DNA from: Brasilonema angustatum HA4187-MV1
GTDB taxonomy: Bacteria > Cyanobacteriota > Cyanobacteriia > Cyanobacteriales > Nostocaceae
Length of the DNA stretch: 64,000 bases
Direction of reading: 5' to 3'
Assembly (NCBI GenBank): GCA_019359695.1
Contig: JAHHGV010000004.1
Span: forward strand, 98,031-162,030
Shown here: positions 10,229-18,631 of the stretch, piece after piece
How positions within the stretch are numbered: the stretch's first letter is position 1
Layout of the letters: the number at the start of each line of letters is the position of its first letter
Program-made: the position numbers and the translations under genes
Notes under the pieces: model-generated
Seen by the model: the letters and a program-made list of their open reading frames with translations, nothing else
What the model was told of the DNA's origin: nothing
Databases searched by the model: none

Positions 10229-10668
10229 AGAACCTTTGCTCTTCCGCTACAACTGTCTAGGGGTGGATGATCCGCAAAAACAGTATGAAATCAGAAGGAT
10301 AATGGTAGATTTATTTGGTTGTCAGCCCCCAAACCGGAAAAATCCTTGGAGAAAAATTTAAACCGGAGCATCCTGAATATTAAGACCCTCGTTTCTCCTT
10401 TGGGGTTCCTTGAAGGGCTTTGATCAAAAGTATGTAAAACTGAGCAACCACAGGCAAAGCAGTGCGCACCACGATGACTCATGGCAGTTTCGCAGTTTTA
10501 CACAGGTTCAACCCAAGGTTGACTCCCTATGTAGTTTAGTAGTTTTTGGCACAAGTTATTTGAGCAAACTAATATTAGTTTTGCCAATTTCGTTGCTTGC
10601 AAGTCATAGTCATAACGAGTATGATATATAAAGAACCATAAGACACGACCCATGAACAAAACTTCTTT

Positions 10669-10932
10669 ATGATTAAAGTTCAAGAGATTCCTTTAAATCA
10701 GATACGGCGACCTTTGCCACGTACCAACGACCCTGACAAGGTAAAAGCTCTCATGGAATCGATTGCTGCCATTGGGCAACAAGAACCAATCGATATATTA
10801 GAAGTCGATGGACAGTATTATGGATTTTCTGGATGTCATCGCTATGAAGCTTGCCAGCGTTTGGGCAAAGAAACTATCTTAGCCAAAGTCCGCAAAGCTC
10901 CCAAAAGCGTTCTGAAGATGCATTTGGCATGA
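10669..10932 (+). CDS. srxA: Sulfiredoxin (ParB-like nuclease fold)
   Basis: 87 aa with the FSGCHR signature (GFSGCHRYEACQRLG). Confidence 0.7.
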   Translation: MIKVQEIPLNQIRRPLPRTNDPDKVKALMESIAAIGQQEPIDILEVDGQYYGFSGCHRYEACQRLGKETILAKVRKAPKSVLKMHLA

Positions 10933-10975
10933 ATTTCATTAGCTGTTATTAGCAATAACTAAACAGGAGAAAAAT

Positions 10976-11461
10976 ATGCAAACTCGAGTTTTCCCAGTAA
11001 ATATCGGTATTGACGAAGCAAGCAGAGCTAAAATTGCTGAAGGTTTGTCTCGCGTGTTGGCTGATACCTACACGCTGTACCTGAAAACTCATAACTTTCA
11101 TTGGAACGTTACAGGACCAATGTTCCAAACTCTGCATCTGTTGTTTGAAACGCAATACACAGAGTTAGCAATAGCAGTTGATTTAATTGCCGAACGAATT
11201 AGAGCATTGGGCTATCCTGCACCCGGTACTTACAGCGAATTTGCCCAACTCAGTTCTATTCCAGAAACGAATGGCGTTCCCAAAGCTACGGAAATGATCC
11301 GCCTGCTTGTAGAAGGACAAGAAGCCGTTGTCAGAACTGCGCGGTCTATCTTCCCCATAGTAGACGAGGTTCATGACGAACCTAGTGCGGATTTATTAAC
11401 TCAGCGGATGCAGATACACGAAAAGAATGCTTGGATGCTAAGAAGTTTACTTGAAGACTAA
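10976..11461 (+). CDS. dps: Dps-family DNA-binding ferritin-like protein
   Basis: 161 aa with ferroxidase-centre residues in LYLKTHNFHWNVTGPMFQTLHLLFETQYTEL...DLIAERIRALG. Confidence 0.85.
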   Translation: MQTRVFPVNIGIDEASRAKIAEGLSRVLADTYTLYLKTHNFHWNVTGPMFQTLHLLFETQYTELAIAVDLIAERIRALGYPAPGTYSEFAQLSSIPETNGVPKATEMIRLLVEGQEAVVRTARSIFPIVDEVHDEPSADLLTQRMQIHEKNAWMLRSLLED

Positions 11462-11542
11462 GGTAGATGGGGATTATTTGTTGGTTGTCAAAAAGCACCA
11501 TTAACCACTAAACTGTAGTTCTGAGGAACCAGCAGTTAGTCA

Positions 11543-12226
11543 TTGCCAACGATGTCCCACATCGATTTCACTTCACAGTTGCATGACCTGATGCAACGTG
11601 TGGGTATTTCTAGTTTCAAAGCTCTGAGTCGCACTGCTGGCGTCTCAGAGCGTCAGCTTTTGCGGCTACGGCGGCTGGGAGTTGAGCAGATGCGGGTGGA
11701 TGTTCTGTTCAAGTTAGCCCAAGCACTACAAATAACTTTCAATGAGTTAGTTACAATTTTCTCTCAACAAAAGTTAGTACGAAGTAAAGATACATCAACT
11801 AACGAATCTCAACATTTGTTAGAACAAATAGCAGAATTAAAAAAAGAGTACGAGCGATCGCAACAGCAAATACAGCAACAACGACAGGTATTGCTGCAAG
11901 AGTTTCAGCAGTCTAGTTTACAATTGCTGGAATCTTTGTTGCTGCAATTTCCCACTGCAGCACACAAAGCACGGGAAAATCCCCAATTAAGCGCGCTTAA
12001 TATTGTGCCGTTAGTGCACAAACCCTTGGAAAGACTTTTGCAGCACTGGGGAGTGGAAGCCATAGCACCTGTAGGAGCAGAATTGCCTTATGATCCTCAA
12101 CAGCACCAACTTCTAGAAGGTAGTGCACAAGTTGGTGAACTGGTTAAGGTACGTTACATTGGTTACCATCAAGGTGATAAACTGTTATATCGAGCTAAGG
12201 TGAGTCCTATTCCACCAGAAGCATAG
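11543..12226 (+). CDS. HTH (XRE-like) DNA-binding protein with coiled-coil middle and GrpE-like C-terminal domain
   Basis: N-terminal HTH (ALSRTAGVSERQLLRLRRLG). The C-terminus (AELPYDPQQHQ...VGELVKVRYIGYHQGDKLLYRAKV) resembles the GrpE C-terminal beta domain. Confidence 0.45.
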   Translation: MPTMSHIDFTSQLHDLMQRVGISSFKALSRTAGVSERQLLRLRRLGVEQMRVDVLFKLAQALQITFNELVTIFSQQKLVRSKDTSTNESQHLLEQIAELKKEYERSQQQIQQQRQVLLQEFQQSSLQLLESLLLQFPTAAHKARENPQLSALNIVPLVHKPLERLLQHWGVEAIAPVGAELPYDPQQHQLLEGSAQVGELVKVRYIGYHQGDKLLYRAKVSPIPPEA

Positions 12227-12399
12227 AGTCTTTCGCTAAGTACGATCGCAATAAAATCAAGAATTTGTCAATATCTTGATGTGATGATTGACTTATTATT
12301 TGGGATTTATACATACTGATATGGCAAGTGTTTTTGAAATGAATTAGTATTGGTATATGTTGATATTTCTGTTAATTATTATACAAAAAATGTGCTTTT

Positions 12400-12738
12400 A
12401 TGATGGTAGAACAAGTCAAGGTTATTCAACTTAGTGGAATTTTAGATGCCGCTCAATCGCAAGAGTTGAGAAAAAAAATTGATGAAATTTTACAAAAAGA
12501 AAGTAGTACCAAAACAGTGTTACTTGATTTGAAAGAAGTCACTTTTATGGATAGTTCTGGCTTGGGTGCTTTGGTGTTAGCTTTTAAAGCTCTAAACTCT
12601 GTAGATAAAAATTTTGTGATCTGCTCGATAAATGAGCAAGTCAGGATATTATTTGAACTGACAAGCATGGATAAAATATTTAAAATATATTCAAATCGAG
12701 AAGAATTCAACCAAGCTGTGAGTTTTGGAATAAATTAA
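12400..12738 (+). CDS. STAS-domain anti-sigma-factor antagonist (SpoIIAA-like)
   Basis: 112 aa with LDLKEVTFMDSSGLGALV, the phosphorylatable Ser motif of SpoIIAA/RsbV-type proteins. Confidence 0.75.
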   Translation: MMVEQVKVIQLSGILDAAQSQELRKKIDEILQKESSTKTVLLDLKEVTFMDSSGLGALVLAFKALNSVDKNFVICSINEQVRILFELTSMDKIFKIYSNREEFNQAVSFGIN

Positions 12739-13883
12739 TCAAATCTAACCTGGATCATAGATAAATCATCATCAAAAGCTTCTTTGGAGTTTAAAGAGAT
12801 GATACTATTCAAAATGTGATCCAGTTTACCCTCACATTCAAGCTGTGAGGTGACAAGCATCTGAATAAAAGCGTCCAAAGTCCAAAGAGTGCCATCCGAT
12901 TTGGTAATCTCATAAGCACCATCACTAAAAATATAAAGAGAACTAGATTCTTCAATCTGACAAAAGTCATCTACATATTTTACCTCTGGAAACATGCCTA
13001 CTGGCATACCAGGGGTTTTCAGTCTTTTGACTTTTGGGTTGGTTGGAGATTTTCCAGATATTAAGACTGCTGGTGGATGACCTGCACTTGCGTAAATTAA
13101 CTGGCGCTTAACTCGGTTATAAACTCCATACCAAATAGTAAAGTATTTATCGTTTCGATAATTCATTTGAAAAGTATTATTCAACGCTTGCAAAACATCA
13201 CTGGGTTGATAATAATTCAGACCAGCAAGAGCATGCGATCGCAATAAGTTCAGCACGGAAATAGAAGGAAGAGTTGCTCTAAGTCCATGTCCAGCAGTAT
13301 CTAACAAGTAAATTGCCAGATAATCAGAGTCAAGCCAGTAGTAATCAAAACAATCACCACCCAATTGACGCGAGGGAATGAATTGGTAATTAATCTGTAT
13401 AGGATGCGTCATTGGCATAGGCAAAAGGGAACACACATATTCTGCGGCTTCTGCCAATTCTGCTTCTAAAATTTGCTTTTGAGTTTGTAAATCCTTACTA
13501 AGTTGATGTAGACGCAATCCGGCTCTTACCCTTGCTTGCAATTCATTCTGTTCAATAGGTTTAGTGATAAAATCATCAGCACCTGCATCTAGCCCTTTAA
13601 CGCGATCCGCTACCGAATCTAAAGATGTTAATAAAATAAAAAATGTGGTGGATAACTGAGGATCTGTCTTGATTCGCTGGCAAACTTCTAATCCATTTAA
13701 GCCTCCTGGCATAATCCAGTCACAAATAATCAGCGCTGGAGAACAAGCTATTGCTTTTGTAATTCCATCCTTGCCGTTATTGGCTACCAATACTTTATAA
13801 CCCTGTCTTTCCAGCATCCTCGTAAGAAGTATCTGTACTGCTGGGTCATCATCAATTACTATAATTTGAAACGTACTATTCAT
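12735..13883 (-). CDS. Response-regulator receiver fused to PP2C/SpoIIE-type serine phosphatase (RsbU-like)
   Basis: N-terminal REC domain (IVIDDDP...DWIMPGGLNGLEV...K) and C-terminal GDCFDY...LDTAGHG...FSDG PP2C blocks. Its 3' end overlaps the convergent STAS gene by 4 nt. Confidence 0.75.
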   Translation of the reverse strand: MNSTFQIIVIDDDPAVQILLTRMLERQGYKVLVANNGKDGITKAIACSPALIICDWIMPGGLNGLEVCQRIKTDPQLSTTFFILLTSLDSVADRVKGLDAGADDFITKPIEQNELQARVRAGLRLHQLSKDLQTQKQILEAELAEAAEYVCSLLPMPMTHPIQINYQFIPSRQLGGDCFDYYWLDSDYLAIYLLDTAGHGLRATLPSISVLNLLRSHALAGLNYYQPSDVLQALNNTFQMNYRNDKYFTIWYGVYNRVKRQLIYASAGHPPAVLISGKSPTNPKVKRLKTPGMPVGMFPEVKYVDDFCQIEESSSLYIFSDGAYEITKSDGTLWTLDAFIQMLVTSQLECEGKLDHILNSIISLNSKEAFDDDLSMIQVRFD

Positions 13884-13970
13884 TAGTTAATAGTCATTAA
13901 AAAATAATCATTAAAAAATAATCATTTCGGGTATGAACTTTCCCTAAAATTCTGGGTCTTTGATGATCTC

Positions 13971-14744
13971 CTAGCTGATTATGGGATTGGAAAGAGGGTT
14001 TAGCCAAAAGAGGATAATGCTTTTAAGCTGATTGAGATCGCGATACGCTTGTTGCTTAAACCACTGTCCTAAAGCGTCAAAGGGCGTGAAAGATTCTCCC
14101 GTTTGCCATTTAATATCTTGCCCTAAGGGTGTGGTGTGAGTCCCGTTTAGCATCTGTGCTATCACCATCTCTGGAAATCGTTGTTTCAATAACTCAGTTA
14201 AAGCTGTTGATTGATCCAGGGTATCGTTGGTAAATTTGATCAGCAAGTTACGACGAACGTTATACCGATCTTGGACGAGTTTATTAGTTTCTAACGGTGA
14301 GGGGGTAAACTCGACTGCGGCTAGGTTAAACTGTTCAATTAAGGGAATGGCATCCCGTGCAGCATAATTGTTGAAGGATATGAGGATATTGCCAGCGCGT
14401 TCTACATTGAAGAGGCTACCAATAAGCAAGTGAAGCTTACAACCCATGCTATGCCCGATTCCATAAATGGGAAGGTAGCGCTTGCGTATTGCCGAATTAT
14501 CCTGTAGGCGTTCTAGGGCGCGTTCAAAGTTTAAGAGGACAGATTTTGCGATCGCACTATGATCCAAAGTGTTCACAAACGGTGTCGCGATCACAACATA
14601 GCCTTTGCTTGCGAGTTGTTCTAGCAACCAACGGTACGTCAGATGGGGTGCTGTAGCAACAAATGCCCCGCCGAGAAAGTGAATCACACCAACAGGATTT
14701 TGCGGAACAAGTACCCAGTTACCAGAGATTTCTTGCCAGTCCAT
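13971..14744 (-). CDS. DUF1350-type alpha/beta-hydrolase-fold protein
   Basis: 257 aa. GIGHSMG nucleophile-elbow-like motif. Family assignment is from memory of the cyanobacteria/plant DUF1350 family. Confidence 0.45.
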   Translation of the reverse strand: MDWQEISGNWVLVPQNPVGVIHFLGGAFVATAPHLTYRWLLEQLASKGYVVIATPFVNTLDHSAIAKSVLLNFERALERLQDNSAIRKRYLPIYGIGHSMGCKLHLLIGSLFNVERAGNILISFNNYAARDAIPLIEQFNLAAVEFTPSPLETNKLVQDRYNVRRNLLIKFTNDTLDQSTALTELLKQRFPEMVIAQMLNGTHTTPLGQDIKWQTGESFTPFDALGQWFKQQAYRDLNQLKSIILFWLNPLSNPIIS

Positions 14745-15209
14745 GTAAACAAGGTAAAAAGTTAGAAAAAAAAGTTTAAAAGTTAATACTTTTTCATAGT
14801 AAACCTTGTTGACTGTTCTTGTGGGATGATATCAAGCTTGCAGATGGTGAGAATCCCTTTGGCAGCGGCATACCAGAGCGATCGCCACTTAAGTTAGAAA
14901 TAAACTTTCTATCCTTCATGATACAGTCCAGATAAACACATTCATTTATAACCGGTGGTGCGCCATCTGTAGGCTGCTCGTATCTTGCACCATTTTTTCT
15001 TGGTGTCATTTATCATTTGTATTATTTAAGTAAAAAAAGTTGTACTTTTTTGAAGTATTAATTGTTACCTCTAAAATCTTGGAAATTGTTATATAATGAT
15101 ATTTATAGTGTCATAAAGGATACTTCAATTTTCCAACTTCCCAGAAGGTAACGGACAAAAATCAAAATTGCCGAAAGTACAGTCAAAGTATTATGCAATC
15201 TAGGTTTTA

Positions 15210-15421
15210 AGATAAATCAAGGAGGTTTTGTAACATGGTCATCGACACACTAAGCCAAATCGCTGAAACCCTATATTTCTCGTTGAGGTGTGTCGATTCC
15301 TTACTGGGCAAGGGTTTGAGATGCGTGTCTTGCATGATTTTGAAGAACGTATTTGATGTTTTTCTGAGGTGTGTCGATTTGGGTGCTGAAACCCTCACTG
15401 GGTAAAGGCTCCTGAACGAAC
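15210..15421 (+). promoter_or_regulatory. Putative CRISPR leader with shuffled short direct repeats
   Basis: Immediately 5' of repeat 1. gaggtgtgtcgatt occurs twice, gctgaaaccct twice, actggg(c/t)aa(g/a)gg twice. AT-rich stretch 15010-15240 lies upstream. Confidence 0.4.
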
Positions 15422-17493
15422 TCCCTACCGATTGGGTTAAATCGGATTAGTTGGAAAAGATCTGGGAATTAGCTGCTTTATAAGCCTGGAAACCCCTACC
15501 GATTGGGTTAAATCGGATTAGTTGGAAAATCAATTAGACGGATGTAATCACTAATTGGAGGAACCCTACCGATTGGGTTAAATCGGATTAGTTGGAAAAT
15601 CAATGGTATTGTCATCGCTAGGGCAACAAGAGCAACCCTACCGATTGGGTTAAATCGGATTAGTTGGAAAAACTTCAGGTTTGCACAGTATGGAACAAGC
15701 GTGACTCCCCTACCGATTGGGTTAAATCGGATTAGTTGGAAAAGACCTTGAAAACGCATGTGTTTTACCACATACGCGAATGTAGTCCCTACCGATTGGG
15801 TTAAATCGGATTAGTTGGAAAACCTCGAATTCGCCCTCTGCGTTATATGCAACAGTGATACCCTACCGATTGGGTTAAATCGGATTAGTTGGAAACGTTC
15901 TGCCCTGACCCACTCTTTATTTAGAGCTGATCCTGCACCCTACCGATTGGGTTAAATCGGATTAGTTGGAAACCAGCAAATAATGCAATAGTAGCACTAG
16001 CAACTGTGCCCTACCGATTGGGTTAAATCGGATTAGTTGGAAACAATCGCACGTCCTAATAGTCCCCAACCGTTTGTAGCCATGCCCTACCGATTGGGTT
16101 AAATCGGATTAGTTGGAAACTTTTTGAATAGTTTGTACAGCTCCTTTCCCTATACCCTACCGATTGGGTTAAATCGGATTAGTTGGAAACGATAGGGCAA
16201 TCTGCCCTCATTCTGAATAATTACCCCTACCGATTGGGTTAAATCGGATTAGTTGGAAACTTTACATATCCATTAGGATGGTCGAATGCTCCCAACCCCT
16301 ACCGATTGGGTTAAATCGGATTAGTTGGAAACGTACCAGATGGATCATTTTGTCTAAAGATTTCTGACCCTACCGATTGGGTTAAATCGGATTAGTTGGA
16401 AACAAGTTTGGCTTGATGAAGAGAAGTTATGCTTGTTCCCTACCGATTGGGTTAAATCGGATTAGTTGGAAACATTCTGAGTGTTTTCACGTTTCTTCTA
16501 GCTAAATCATGAGCCCTACCGATTGGGTTAAATCGGATTAGTTGGAAACATTTCAAACAGGTTGGCGGAAGTTGAGGTGCAGGTACCCCTACCGATTGGG
16601 TTAAATCGGATTAGTTGGAAACCAGAGAGAAGCGGCGCAAAGACTAAGAGTTAGAACCCTACCGATTGGGTTAAATCGGATTAGTTGGAAACCTTTAAAC
16701 CCAATGTTTAGCTGCATATATAATAGCAACCCTACCGATTGGGTTAAATCGGATTAGTTGGAAACGGGAGATACCGTTGGAGTTGGTGTCTCTGTAGGCC
16801 GCCCTACCGATTGGGTTAAATCGGATTAGTTGGAAACTTCTGGGTGGACGAGCTTGTACTTTATAGGCTCCAGGCCCTACCGATTGGGTTAAATCGGATT
16901 AGTTGGAAACACATGAAGGCGCAATGCAACTTCCGGGAAATCAACCCCCCTACCGATTGGGTTAAATCGGATTAGTTGGAAACCTTAGATAATACTCTAC
17001 AGATCTGTAGAGTATAGAACCCCTACCGATTGGGTTAAATCGGATTAGTTGGAAACGCTCTGTCCCTTCAAAGGACAAGTAGATCTCTCCCCTACCGATT
17101 GGGTTAAATCGGATTAGTTGGAAACTATTGACTTTACAATAGGTTGAAAAACTAGGAAAAATTCCTCCCTACCGATTGGGTTAAATCGGATTAGTTGGAA
17201 ACTTCCCCACCTTTAGCTACTAATTTTATAATAGTGCCCTACCGATTGGGTTAAATCGGATTAGTTGGAAACGAGCCATTATTTTGAACCCAGCCAATTT
17301 CTGCTACGTCCCTACCGATTGGGTTAAATCGGATTAGTTGGAAACAATAACCTACGCTTTTACAGGCGTATCCTATCCCAAAAACCCTACCGATTGGGTT
17401 AAATCGGATTAGTTGGAAACGAATCAGAAGCACCAACAGCAGGAGAACAAAGACCTCCCCTACCGATTGGGTTAAATCGGATTAGTTGGAAAC
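15422..17493 (+). CRISPR. CRISPR array: 29 repeats of 36 nt (CCCTACCGATTGGGTTAAATCGGATTAGTTGGAAAC) and 28 spacers of 33-43 nt. No cas gene in the window
   Basis: Repeats were mapped one by one: 15422, 15493, 15564, 15636, 15708, 15787, 15861, 15938, 16009, 16085, 16155, 16225, 16297, 16368, 16438, 16514, 16587, 16657, 16730, 16802, 16875, 16948, 17021, 17090, 17167, 17237, 17310, 17385, 17458. Internal hairpin CCGATT-gggtta-AATCGG. The 3' end GTTGGAAAC resembles a Cas6 8-nt 5'-handle. Repeats 1-6 end GGAAAA, repeats 7-29 end GGAAAC. Confidence 0.95.
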
Positions 17494-17526
17494 AGTCTAT
17501 CAATTAGATTTAGCGGTGGGAGGATG

Positions 17527-18318
17527 TCAAGCTCCCATCCCGGAGTATCGCTTCAATCCTCGTCGCCACAGCAAACGATTCAAACCCAAAAACACCAAAA
17601 TCCAACCCAGTATTAACAAAAATCCCCGTGTCAAATCCACAGGTGATCCAATCAAAATATTTGCCGGGAAATCAATCATATAAGGAAATGGTGTGCAAAG
17701 TACTATCGATCGCACAGATTCAGGAAAAACCTCAAGTGGTGCAATCATTCCAGACAAAAATAAATAAAACAAAGACCAAAAATTTTCTACAGCACTAGCT
17801 CGTTCCGTCCAAAAAGCAAGCATTGCAAACGAGTATTGCATGATAAAGCGTAAAACAAAAGCAAGTACACTCGCCAACAAAAATAATAAAAAGTTTGCTA
17901 AACTTGGCACCCAAAAAGCTTGTGGATAAAGGAGAAAAAAGAGGATTATCAGTAACAATGTAAAAGGGAAACGAGACATTCTTTCAGAAACATGGGAAGC
18001 AATATGATGCCACACGGGATCAATAGGTTGTAACAAGCGCGGTGAAAGTTTTCCTTGTACTATCTCCTCTTCAAACTCCCAAACCACCCAAGTTACTGTG
18101 ATTTGCCTAACAATGAAAACTGCAAGAAAGTAACGAGCAAAATCAACAGGTGACAAATTGAACCGTCCTCCTTGGGCCGCTTGTATCCACACTCCCATTA
18201 AAATAATTGGCAGAGAGTTTGACAGTAGCCATAAAATGACTTCTGCACGATACTCAATGTTATAAGCGTAATACACTGACAAGAATGTCAGGGCTTTTCG
18301 GAAAATTCGCTTGATCAT
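17527..18318 (-). CDS. ABC-2-type transporter permease-like polytopic membrane protein
   Basis: 263 aa with about 6 TM helices. Family call is from overall resemblance only. Confidence 0.4.
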   Translation of the reverse strand: MIKRIFRKALTFLSVYYAYNIEYRAEVILWLLSNSLPIILMGVWIQAAQGGRFNLSPVDFARYFLAVFIVRQITVTWVVWEFEEEIVQGKLSPRLLQPIDPVWHHIASHVSERMSRFPFTLLLIILFFLLYPQAFWVPSLANFLLFLLASVLAFVLRFIMQYSFAMLAFWTERASAVENFWSLFYLFLSGMIAPLEVFPESVRSIVLCTPFPYMIDFPANILIGSPVDLTRGFLLILGWILVFLGLNRLLWRRGLKRYSGMGA

Positions 18319-18414
18319 AAAGATTTGTCGTGTTTTGATTTATGAAAGTTACGCATCTTCAAATTTCCGACTTCTAAAAGAAGTTGGGAATCTTGTTGTT
18401 CACTTTAACAAAAA

Positions 18415-18609
18415 AGCCTCTCCAGGCAATACGGTTCGGATAAGATCCCCCCGCCTGCGGCGACCCCCTTAAAAAGGGGGTAAAAGGCTAAAATAGTCCC
18501 CTTTTGGGGGTAAAAGACTAAAATAGCCCCCCTTTTTAAGGGGGGTTGGGGGGATCTCCCTTGAGAGAAACAAGCTAATCGAACCGTATTGCCTCTCCAG
18601 GGAGAGGCA
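18415..18609. repeat. MITE-like element with terminal inverted repeats (gcctctccaggcaatacggttcg / cgaaccgtattgcctctccag) and internal tandem ggggtaaaag(g/a)ctaaaatag(t/c)cccc units
   Basis: Read directly. G/C homopolymer runs and a gcctctccagggagaggc terminal hairpin. Confidence 0.5.
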
Positions 18610-18631
18610 TAACCATGAACGAGTAAAAAAC

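Noticed and set aside
14794-15398. Small minus-strand ORFs (71 and 63 aa) between the DUF1350 gene and the CRISPR array, examined as possible cas remnants
   Set aside because: No similarity to Cas1/Cas2/Cas6 patterns. They are AT-rich leader-region sequence with no RBS.
15508-15771. 87-aa minus-strand ORF (and ORF 17251-17436) with the recurring peptide FQLIRFNPIGR
   Set aside because: It is simply the translation of the CRISPR repeat in one frame across several repeat-spacer units. Not a gene.
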